The notes below the pieces were generated by a model, which was given only the letters and a program-made list of their open reading frames with translations, searched no databases and was not told where the DNA came from. The position numbers and the translations under genes were made by a program. From positions 61,929 to 125,928 of the forward strand of contig DAIEGT010000001.1 in assembly GCA_027356105.1 (NCBI GenBank): a stretch of DNA of 64,000 bases, given 5' to 3'. This stretch comes from Candidatus Saccharimonadota bacterium. Lineage in GTDB: Bacteria > Patescibacteriota > Saccharimonadia > Saccharimonadales > UBA4665. This document shows positions 56,544 through 64,000 of the stretch, piece by piece. How positions within the stretch are numbered: position 1 is the first letter of the stretch; each line of letters starts with the position of its first letter.

Positions 56544-57908
56544 TTAAACATACAATCTTTCTATGATTTCAGTCACAGCTTTTTTAATATCCATATTTAT
56601 AGCAATTTCTTTTTCAATCTTCTCAACAGAGTGAATAGCTGTTGTGTGATCTTTTCGGCCAAGCTCAGTCGCTATTTTTGGGAAAGATAAATGGAGTTCT
56701 TTGCGAAGTATATACATAGCCACTTGTCTAGGTACAACGATATCCTTATCTCTCTTAGAACCAAGGATATCTTCATTCGAAATTTGAAAATATCGAGCCG
56801 TCTTATCAATAATTTGTTTAGAACTTAGATGTCTTGGTCTTGAACCGTTGTTCGAAAAAAGACTTGATACGATGGCAAGGGTTGGATCAAGTGTTCTCAT
56901 CTCACAAAAGGCTAGGAGTTGATTTAGGGCTCCTTCAAGCTCCCTAATGTTGGTTGGAATATTGTTGGCTAAATACTCTACAATATCGTTTGGTAAGGAT
57001 GCACCCTGTTCGGCTGCTTTGTTTTGGATAATAGCGCATCTTGTCTCGAAGTCAGGGTTTTGCATATCGATACTCATTCCCCAGGCAAAACGACTTCGAA
57101 GTCTTTCCTCTAGGGTAGGAATATCTTTTGGTGGCTTATCAGAACTGATAATAATCTGTTTATTAGCCTGGTGAAGAGCGTTAAAGGTGTGAAAGAATTC
57201 TTCCTGCATCTTCTCTTTACCAGCGATAAACTGAACATCGTCAATTATAAGAACGTCAGCTGCTCGATAATGAGAAGCAAAGTCAGCTGTTTTTCGAAAC
57301 CTCAGCGCATCAACGAATTCCTGAACAAACTGTTCAGTTGATATATAGAGGACTTTTGAAAAATGTTTACTACTAACTAAAGCATTACCAACTGCTTGGA
57401 TTAAATGGGTTTTACCAATACCAACCCCACCATATAAAAAGAGTGGGTTATATTTAGTGCCTGGTTGGGCAGTAATAGCCTGACAAGCGGCAAAAGCCAG
57501 TTCATTACCAGCCCCAACGACGAAGTTATCGAAGGTATATTTTTCGTTTAGACCCTGTCTATATGAATGAGACAGTGAGTTAGAAATATAACGGTCATTA
57601 AAAGACTGAATAACCGGACTTTTGTTTTCTTCAATAATAACTTCTTCAGATTTTTTATTTTCAAAGGGAACAATCTTAAATTCCAGATCATTAACCTGTA
57701 AACCATTCTTGGTTAGTAAGGAAGAGATAAGTTCAGTGAATTTTTTCTCTAGTTGCTGTTTAATGAAGACATTATTAACACCGATAGTGACAACTCCTTC
57801 CGAGCTGTTAAGCAGGCGAGTGTTCTTAAACCAGGTGACAAAATTTCCATGAGAGATGGAAAGTTCTATTTCACCAAGCACTGCTTGCCAAAGATTATCG
57901 GTCTGCAT
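56544..57908 (-). CDS. dnaA: chromosomal replication initiator DnaA
   Basis: 454 aa with Walker A GGVGIGKTHL, the box VII region and a C-terminal DNA-binding domain (HTTAIHSVEKI). An AGGAGG SD lies upstream. Confidence 0.95.
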   Translation of the reverse strand: MQTDNLWQAVLGEIELSISHGNFVTWFKNTRLLNSSEGVVTIGVNNVFIKQQLEKKFTELISSLLTKNGLQVNDLEFKIVPFENKKSEEVIIEENKSPVIQSFNDRYISNSLSHSYRQGLNEKYTFDNFVVGAGNELAFAACQAITAQPGTKYNPLFLYGGVGIGKTHLIQAVGNALVSSKHFSKVLYISTEQFVQEFVDALRFRKTADFASHYRAADVLIIDDVQFIAGKEKMQEEFFHTFNALHQANKQIIISSDKPPKDIPTLEERLRSRFAWGMSIDMQNPDFETRCAIIQNKAAEQGASLPNDIVEYLANNIPTNIRELEGALNQLLAFCEMRTLDPTLAIVSSLFSNNGSRPRHLSSKQIIDKTARYFQISNEDILGSKRDKDIVVPRQVAMYILRKELHLSFPKIATELGRKDHTTAIHSVEKIEKEIAINMDIKKAVTEIIERLYV

Positions 57909-57919
57909 ATTCCTCCTAT

Positions 57920-58053
57920 TTATCCTATATAATAAACGAATTATGAATAGTTTTCCACAATTAAATTATTTATTCAATATTTTTGACTACAAAAGGGCTC
58001 TAAAGAGATAACTTATCCACATTTTTATTCTCTATCTATATAATAGTGGATAA
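57920..58053. promoter_or_regulatory. oriC-type DnaA-box cluster between dnaA and rpmH
   Basis: It contains TTATCCTAT (57920-57928), TTTTCCACA (57951-57959), a perfect TTATCCACA (58013-58021) and AGTGGATAA, which is TTATCCACT on the - strand (58045-58053). Confidence 0.7.
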
Positions 58054-58132
58054 CAATTGAAGAAAAGAGGAAAACTTGTTATACTTGTAGGGCTAAACAT
58101 TGTTAATTTTACTAAATACGAAAGTTTAAACT

Positions 58133-58276
58133 ATGCCAAAACGTACACATCAACCAAAAAAACAAAAAAGACTTAAAGTTCATGGTTTTATGAAACGAAT
58201 GTCTTCTAAAGGTGGAATTAAGGTCTTAAAGAGCCGACGACTAAAGGGTAGAGCTAAAATCTCTGCTTCGAAGTAG
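58133..58276 (+). CDS. rpmH: 50S ribosomal protein L34
   Basis: The 47-aa [50 protein letters not shown] falls below the ORF-track cutoff. It occupies the canonical position upstream of rnpA. Confidence 0.9.
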   Translation: MPKRTHQPKKQKRLKVHGFMKRMSSKGGIKVLKSRRLKGRAKISASK

Positions 58277-58295
58277 TCTCTTTTAAGGATTTTTT

Positions 58296-58637
58296 GTGCT
58301 TGCAAGTATTAATCGAATACACGGTCGTGGAGTCTTTAAAAAGCTCTTACGCGAAGGTAAAATGATTCGAGGCGAGCAAATAAGTCTAAATTATTCTAAA
58401 AGCCGATCTAATAGATTAAAATCAGCCGTGGTGGTTAGTAAAAAAACCTCTAAATCAGCTGTTAAAAGAAATCGAATTAGACGACGAGTCTATGAAATAG
58501 TTCGAAAAGAATATTTACCTAAAAATCTTGGCTACAATCTAATTTTTTTAGTTTTCTCAGAAGATATTGTAAATATTCCACACGAGGAACTAGTTCGTAG
58601 AATCGATAGTTTAATAAAAAAAGCCAATATTCTCTAA
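58296..58637 (+). CDS. rnpA: RNase P protein component
   Basis: 113 aa with a GTG start, a basic sequence and the RNR motif KSAVKRNRIRRRV. Confidence 0.8.
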   Translation: MLASINRIHGRGVFKKLLREGKMIRGEQISLNYSKSRSNRLKSAVVVSKKTSKSAVKRNRIRRRVYEIVRKEYLPKNLGYNLIFLVFSEDIVNIPHEELVRRIDSLIKKANIL

Positions 58638-58705
58638 TTTATCGTCATTTTTTCAGATGAACTATGATAAAATAAACTAAATTAACCTATTAATTTTATA
58701 ACTAT

Positions 58706-59635
58706 ATGTTTACGACTTTTATTGTTCAACCTATCTTTAACCTGCTAGTTTTAATCTATGCTATCTTGCCTGGACATAACTTTGGTTTGGCCCTAATTAT
58801 CTTCACTATTATTATTCGGTTATTGCTTTGGCCACTAGTTAAAAAACAACTTCATCAAGCCAAAGCGATGAGAAAACTCCAACCTGAGATTAAGAAAATT
58901 AAGCAGGAGACTAAAGGTAATAGAACTAAAGAGTCTCAGATGCTGATGGAACTCTATAAGGAAAAAGGGATTAGTCCTCTAGGAACCTTCCCAACCCTTA
59001 TTATTCAGTTTGTTGTTTTGATCGGTCTCTACAGCGGACTAAGAGACATTATTTCAAACCCACATAGCTTAATTACCTTTGCTTACCCAGCTCTTAGGCA
59101 TTTGTCTTTCATGCATAGTTTAGCTGGCAATATTCACCTCTTCGACAACACTCTTTTTGGCATAGTTGATTTATCTAAAAGTGCCCTTGGACCTAAAGGA
59201 CTCTATCTACCAGCCATGATTATAGTCATTGGTAGTGCTATAGCTCAGTTCTACACCTCAAAACAACTCATGCCTTCCAGTAAAGATTCTAAGAGCCTTA
59301 GATCAATTCTTAAAGAGGCTGGTAAAGGTTCTCAAGCTGATCAAGCAGATGTTAACGCAGCAGTTGGTAAAAGCACCAGATACTTACTCCCAGTTATGAT
59401 TTTCTTATTTACGGTTAACTTGGCTTCAGCCCTAAGTCTTTATTGGTTAGTCGGTGGAGTTGTCGCTTATATCCAACAAGCTTACGCCCTAAGAGAGGAC
59501 GAAGAAGAATTAGAAAAAATTGCTGATCGACCAACTAAGAATATTGATTTAATACCAGAAGCAGAAATTATTGAAAAACCTGCCGCTAGTAAAAATAAGC
59601 CGAAAAATAAAAATAATAAAAAGAGGAAAAAATAA
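58706..59635 (+). CDS. yidC: membrane protein insertase YidC (short monoderm type)
   Basis: 309 aa with GLALIIFTIIIRLLLWPL...KQ...MRKLQPE pattern, five TMs and a basic C-terminal tail. Confidence 0.9.
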   Translation: MFTTFIVQPIFNLLVLIYAILPGHNFGLALIIFTIIIRLLLWPLVKKQLHQAKAMRKLQPEIKKIKQETKGNRTKESQMLMELYKEKGISPLGTFPTLIIQFVVLIGLYSGLRDIISNPHSLITFAYPALRHLSFMHSLAGNIHLFDNTLFGIVDLSKSALGPKGLYLPAMIIVIGSAIAQFYTSKQLMPSSKDSKSLRSILKEAGKGSQADQADVNAAVGKSTRYLLPVMIFLFTVNLASALSLYWLVGGVVAYIQQAYALREDEEELEKIADRPTKNIDLIPEAEIIEKPAASKNKPKNKNNKKRKK

Positions 59636-60213
59636 TGAATGACTCAATCAATGAAGCAACTCTTTATGCTCAGAAATATTTAGAAGATTTATTATCTTTC
59701 TTTGGACTAAATATTAACGTTGACTCAACAATCGACGATGAGGTTATTCAGTTATCGATTCCTAGCTCCAGAATGAATGGATTTCTAATTGGTCAGAATG
59801 GTGATAATATGAGATCTTTTCAGTATTTAGTCATGATGGCCCTGAAGAATAAAGAGTATGAACACTTCAGAGTTAGTTTAGATATTGCCGATTACAAGAA
59901 ACATCGAGCCGACAGGTTAAAGGAAGTCGCTGAGGGTTGGGTTAAAGAAGTTCAAGAAACTAAGAAACCAATGGATCTTGAGCCGATGAATCCAGCTGAT
60001 CGAAGAATAGTTCATCAGTTAGCTGCCGATTATGGCTTGTTGAGTGAATCAGTTGGTTTTGGACGAGATAGGCACATTGTCCTTCAACCATTAGTTGAAG
60101 AAGCAGCTAGCTTGAAAAAAGAAGCTGCTAAGCAAGAAACAAAAGAAACAGTAGCAGTCGAAAAAGAGACAGCAAAAGAAATAAAAGATAAACCAGCTAA
60201 AAAAAACTATTAA
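59635..60213 (+). CDS. jag: Jag/KhpB-like RNA-binding protein (KH + R3H)
   Basis: 192 aa with an R3H motif (ADRRIVHQLAADYGLLSESVGFGRDRHIVL). It follows yidC with an overlapping stop/start. Confidence 0.8.
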   Translation: MNDSINEATLYAQKYLEDLLSFFGLNINVDSTIDDEVIQLSIPSSRMNGFLIGQNGDNMRSFQYLVMMALKNKEYEHFRVSLDIADYKKHRADRLKEVAEGWVKEVQETKKPMDLEPMNPADRRIVHQLAADYGLLSESVGFGRDRHIVLQPLVEEAASLKKEAAKQETKETVAVEKETAKEIKDKPAKKNY

Positions 60214-60262
60214 GAAAGTTGCCAAAGATACCAAAAATACCAAAACAACTAAAGCTAAAAAA

Positions 60263-61354
60263 TCAGCCAAGTAGGCGACTGTAGACTTCTAGGGTCTGCT
60301 CGGCCATTGTTCGCCAAGAATAGTTTTTAATCTGATTTAAGCCTTTTTGAATCATTTCATCTGATAGAGTTTTATTATTTAACACTGATTCGATTTTTTT
60401 AGACATATCGTCAACATCTAGTGGATCAAAGTAGACAGCCGAAGCACCGTATATTTCAGGTAAACAGGTAGCATTACTACTTATGACTGGTGCAAGGTGT
60501 CTCATTGCTTCAAGCCCTGGTAAACCAAAACCTTCACTAAGAGACGGGAAGATGTAGCCGGCTGTGTGCTCATAGAGCCATCTAAGCTGGCTGTCGGGCA
60601 CAAAACCAAGGAAATCTACCTGTTTTATGCCTTTCTCACTCACAAAGCGCTCAAGTTGTTCATAGTTAAAGTCTTTTTTACCAATTAGAGCTAAACGTAA
60701 ATCAGGAAATTTATCTTTAAGCTGGCTAAAGGCAAGCACTAGTCGCTCTAGGTTCTTATGAGGAGTTGGCCGACCAACATACATAATGTATTTTTTATTT
60801 TGCAAGGAGTTGACAGCTTCGGCTGATTGCTTAATTTCATCAGCACCTTCGTAAGTGACAACAATTTTATTCTGTTTAATCTTTGCGAAACTGGCAATAT
60901 CTTTTTTGACGTATTCAGAAGGAGTAATAATTGCCTTAGACTTAAAGGCAACTACCAGAATGACCATTTTATAAACTAGTTGCTTGATTCTAAAGACAAT
61001 CTTGTTTTTAGCAGGGTTATCAAAACGGGCAGTTGTCAGATCGTGAATAGTCGTAATTACTTTGCCGAAATATAAAATTGGTTGTTGTGTCATGCCAAAA
61101 TGAACTAAATCTGGTTTTAGTTTTATTAGCTGAGCCAAAAAGCCAATTTGTTCACTAAAGGTAAATTCTTTGTAGGGACAGAGTAACTTCTTAAAGTTAT
61201 TATTAATAGGGATGAAATCATCAAAATCTTTAGCTTTTAGTAAGACAATATAATCGTTTGTTCTATCGATCTGTTGGAGGTAGTGAAGTAGCCTTTCAAT
61301 GTAGCGACCGGTGCTTTCTCCAATGGTCCTGGCATCGATAACTATTTTACTCAT
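60263..61354 (-). CDS. glycosyltransferase family 4 (GT-B)
   Basis: 363 aa with the EX7E motif region PSLSEGFGLPGLEAM. Confidence 0.85.
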   Translation of the reverse strand: MSKIVIDARTIGESTGRYIERLLHYLQQIDRTNDYIVLLKAKDFDDFIPINNNFKKLLCPYKEFTFSEQIGFLAQLIKLKPDLVHFGMTQQPILYFGKVITTIHDLTTARFDNPAKNKIVFRIKQLVYKMVILVVAFKSKAIITPSEYVKKDIASFAKIKQNKIVVTYEGADEIKQSAEAVNSLQNKKYIMYVGRPTPHKNLERLVLAFSQLKDKFPDLRLALIGKKDFNYEQLERFVSEKGIKQVDFLGFVPDSQLRWLYEHTAGYIFPSLSEGFGLPGLEAMRHLAPVISSNATCLPEIYGASAVYFDPLDVDDMSKKIESVLNNKTLSDEMIQKGLNQIKNYSWRTMAEQTLEVYSRLLG

Positions 61355-61461
61355 AGTTTATATTCTATCATCTTAGAAGATTAGCCACGTTAAGGGATTG
61401 TAATTGCGGCTAAACTTAGTAACCCTTAATGTTTAAAGTTGTGTGCTTCGCCCAATGATTC

Positions 61462-61857
61462 TTATAAATATTGACCAGTATTCCCTTGTTGAGAAACAAT
61501 AGGATCGCCATTTTCATCTACTTCTTCGAGTCTAATTATAAAATTATTTGGTAGCCATGGAGAAATCACTGCATTTCTAGCTGTTTGAAGCACGCCTCTT
61601 AGAGGACATACTATTAGACCATCACTATCATAAGTTGGTCCAGAACAGGGAATTTTTTCTCTGACACTCTGTAGAAAAAAGTTTGCAGCTCCCAATGCTC
61701 CAATCGCTCTATCTGTAGATGGATGAATTGAATTAAAATGTTCTAAGCCTTCCAAGGCTGCTTTAATAATTACTTCTTCCGGACAAATATGTTCCGTAGT
61801 TTCTGGACCAAACTCTTGCATAAACATATTATATACTATATTAGTAAAATATGCCAA
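61462..61857 (-). CDS. hypothetical protein
   Basis: 131 aa, soluble, with four Cys. No family recognised. Confidence 0.35.
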   Translation of the reverse strand: MAYFTNIVYNMFMQEFGPETTEHICPEEVIIKAALEGLEHFNSIHPSTDRAIGALGAANFFLQSVREKIPCSGPTYDSDGLIVCPLRGVLQTARNAVISPWLPNNFIIRLEEVDENGDPIVSQQGNTGQYL

Positions 61858-62229
61858 ATAATTGTTTAGAATTAGCTAGATTTCGAGATATGTTCTAAAG
61901 CTCTAATAAAAAATTTTTCATATTAGTTGATGAGTTAAAACACTAAACAACAATAAACCTGGTAATGTTTTGGTTGATTAACACAAACCACATCAAGCAT
62001 TTAATGAAAAAGCTATAGCTGATAATTAAAGTAATATCGGGCTTCATCAAGGTAGAGTACAGCATCGTTTAGGCTTAAAAATCAAAAGGTAAATCAATGC
62101 ATCCTATGAATTAGTAAAGTAGGAGGTTTACAGATAAAAATAAACAAAAATACTAGCTTTTTGTATTATATATAATATAAAACTATTTATTTTTAACTAA
62201 AACAAGTATATAGTCCAAATTAATGAAAC

Positions 62230-63099
62230 ATGGTGGTAGCTTTCAAACAAGAAGTAACTATCATGAACCAAATATCAACCAAGACAACTAAACAGACAAA
62301 CCGAAACCCTAAAACACGTCAGGTAACTAAACAACAACTATTAATTCTAAATCGAATATATCAATTTAGATTCGTTAGCACTTATCAGATTCAGCAATTA
62401 CTGGGCAAGAAACAAATTCAACAAGCCCAGCAAAGACTAAACCTTTTACTATCAAGAGGTTGGATTGGTCGAAACTTCACAAAATCTGATCGTTTAACTG
62501 GTCGGTTCGCTTCATATTATCTATTACCACCAGGCCTTAAAATCCTAAGACAAAATAACGAGGATAAAACTTTAAACGAAAAAGTTCTTCGTAATATATA
62601 CAAAGACAAATCAGCTTCAAAGAGATTTATTGATCACTGCCTAGCAGTTGGTGATATCAACCTTCATTTAATTAGATTAAACGGCGACAGTATTAAGTTC
62701 ATCAATAAATCACAGTTAGCCTATTATGACTATCTACCTAGACCACTGCCGGATGGTTTCGTAAAAATAAAACAAAAGAGTAGCAATCTATCCGATATCT
62801 ATTTTCTAGAATATTTTGAGCAGTCAGTACCTTTCTTTGTTCATCGAAAAAGGATTAAACAATATATAGAATATATGGAAGAAGGTTATTGGCAGTCTGA
62901 AAATGAAGGAGCCCATCCACATAATAGGTTTGTAGCTGAAACCGAAGCTCTTCAAAAGAGAATAAAAAGATTTACAGGTAAGTTTTTAGCTGACTATTAT
63001 TATGACTATGAACCAATCGTCATCACCAACCTAAATCTTCTTAAAACCACAGAAGACCCAGCTATTTGGTATTTAATCAATGAAGCAGTTGATAATTAG
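62230..63099 (+). CDS. replication-relaxation family protein (plasmid/ICE-type winged-helix protein)
   Basis: 289 aa. The N-terminus LLILNRIYQFRFVSTYQIQQLL...AQQRLNLLLSRGWIGR follows the Replic_Relax pattern (iL..l...r.lt..Qi..l......a..rL..L...g.i.r). Confidence 0.55.
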   Translation: MVVAFKQEVTIMNQISTKTTKQTNRNPKTRQVTKQQLLILNRIYQFRFVSTYQIQQLLGKKQIQQAQQRLNLLLSRGWIGRNFTKSDRLTGRFASYYLLPPGLKILRQNNEDKTLNEKVLRNIYKDKSASKRFIDHCLAVGDINLHLIRLNGDSIKFINKSQLAYYDYLPRPLPDGFVKIKQKSSNLSDIYFLEYFEQSVPFFVHRKRIKQYIEYMEEGYWQSENEGAHPHNRFVAETEALQKRIKRFTGKFLADYYYDYEPIVITNLNLLKTTEDPAIWYLINEAVDN

Positions 63100-63200
63100 C
63101 CTAGAGACTTATCAAAAATTTTATAGGTAAAATCTACCACAGATTACCCCTTATTCAATGGTATAATTAAATCTAACAAGTTGTAACTACAGGAGATTTA

Positions 63201-64000
63201 ATGTCAAAAAGAGCATTTATTACCGGTATCACTGGTCAAGACGGTGGACACTTAGCTGATCTTTTGCATCAAAAAGACTATGAAATTTTCGGAATGATAA
63301 GGGGCCAAAATAATGCTAAAAAAGAATTAGTCGAGAGAGAACTACCTTACGTAAAGCTTATTGAAGCCGATATGACAGATGAAACATCGCTTGTCAGAGC
63401 CCTAGATGTTTCACAACCCAATGAAGTCTATAATTTAGCGGCTATTAGTCATGTTGGATTTTCATTTCAAAACCCTCAAATTACGCTTGAAGTTACAGGT
63501 AAAGGTGTTTTAAATCTACTAGAAGCTATTAGGCTAACTGGTGGCGAAAAATCGATTAGATTTTATCAGGCATCGACTTCTGAAATGTTCGGTGGACTTG
63601 ATTATAATAGACCAGGCAAAGGCTATGACGAGATGGCATTATTTCATCCAAGAAGCCCATATGGTGTTGCTAAACTTTATGCCCACTGGATAACCAAGAA
63701 TTACCGCGAAAGTTATGGTATGCACGCTAGTTGTGGCATCTTATTTAATCATGAAGGACCAAAACGAGGCATAGAATTTGTCACTCGAAAGATAAGTAAC
63801 GCAGTTGCTAGAATTCATCTTGGATTACAAGACAAGATTGAGCTAGGCAATTTAGATTCTAAAAGGGATTGGGGTTATGCTGGTGATTATGTAGAGGGAA
63901 TGTGGCGAATGTTGCAGCAAGATAAGCCAGATGATTATGTGCTTGCAACCGGCGAAACGCACTCTATCAAAGAATTTTTAGAACTAGCTTTTAAAGAAAT
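63201..64000 (+). CDS. gmd: GDP-mannose 4,6-dehydratase (3' end beyond window)
   Basis: It starts MSKRAFITGITGQDGGHLADLL (Rossmann GxxGxxG) and contains FYQASTSEMFG and SPYGVAKLYAHW (YxxxK). An AGGAG SD lies upstream. Confidence 0.9.
   Translation, partial: MSKRAFITGITGQDGGHLADLLHQKDYEIFGMIRGQNNAKKELVERELPYVKLIEADMTDETSLVRALDVSQPNEVYNLAAISHVGFSFQNPQITLEVTGKGVLNLLEAIRLTGGEKSIRFYQASTSEMFGGLDYNRPGKGYDEMALFHPRSPYGVAKLYAHWITKNYRESYGMHASCGILFNHEGPKRGIEFVTRKISNAVARIHLGLQDKIELGNLDSKRDWGYAGDYVEGMWRMLQQDKPDDYVLATGETHSIKEFLELAFKE

Noticed and set aside
56324-56551. 75-aa minus-strand ORF between dnaN and dnaA
   Set aside because: It falls entirely in the AT-rich dnaA-dnaN spacer, which is better explained by DnaA-box-like repeats. 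It overlaps the dnaA stop and has low-complexity Asn/Leu/Ile composition.

Overview
This is a gene-dense, AT-rich bacterial chromosome segment read with the standard code 11; TGA acts as a stop inside ATGA gene overlaps. It contains the replication-origin neighbourhood. rpmH-rnpA-yidC-jag lie on the + strand and dnaA-dnaN...recF on the - strand, with DnaA boxes both upstream of dnaA and in the dnaA-dnaN spacer. Housekeeping genes include rpsT, holA, mutM, polA, rpoD, dnaG, orn, argS, valS, tsaD, a murE-like ligase, hsp20, and groES/groEL behind two tandem CIRCE operators. There are four tRNAs: Arg-GCG, Ser-CGA, Ser-GCU and Ser-UGA. The streamlined gene set, the many membrane-anchored orphan proteins and the monoderm-type envelope genes (LCP, short YidC) fit a Patescibacteria/CPR (Saccharibacteria-like) genome, but that is inference only. 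The main accessory feature is a ~13.5 kb type IV secretion-like locus at 39.0-52.5 kb, next to recF. Five tandem VirB2/TrbC-like pilin paralogs are transcribed divergently from an operon encoding a giant VirB6/TrbL-like protein, a PrgI/VirB3-like protein, a VirB4 ATPase, an NlpC/P60 wall hydrolase and five orphan proteins. No coupling protein, relaxase, VirB9/10/11 or integrase is visible in the window. Other points worth a second look:
- a P-type ATPase homolog lacking DKTGT, TGES and GDGVND;
- a DnaG primase whose four zinc ligands are all substituted;
- a visibly G+C-richer islet at the 3' end of tRNA-Arg, with vapBC, a frameshifted PRTase and a truncated ABC ATPase stub at tRNA-Ser;
- an AAA ATPase split at an A7 run;
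- an XRE-HAD fusion regulator;
- a replication-relaxation family protein.
No CRISPR array, transposase or integrase was seen.
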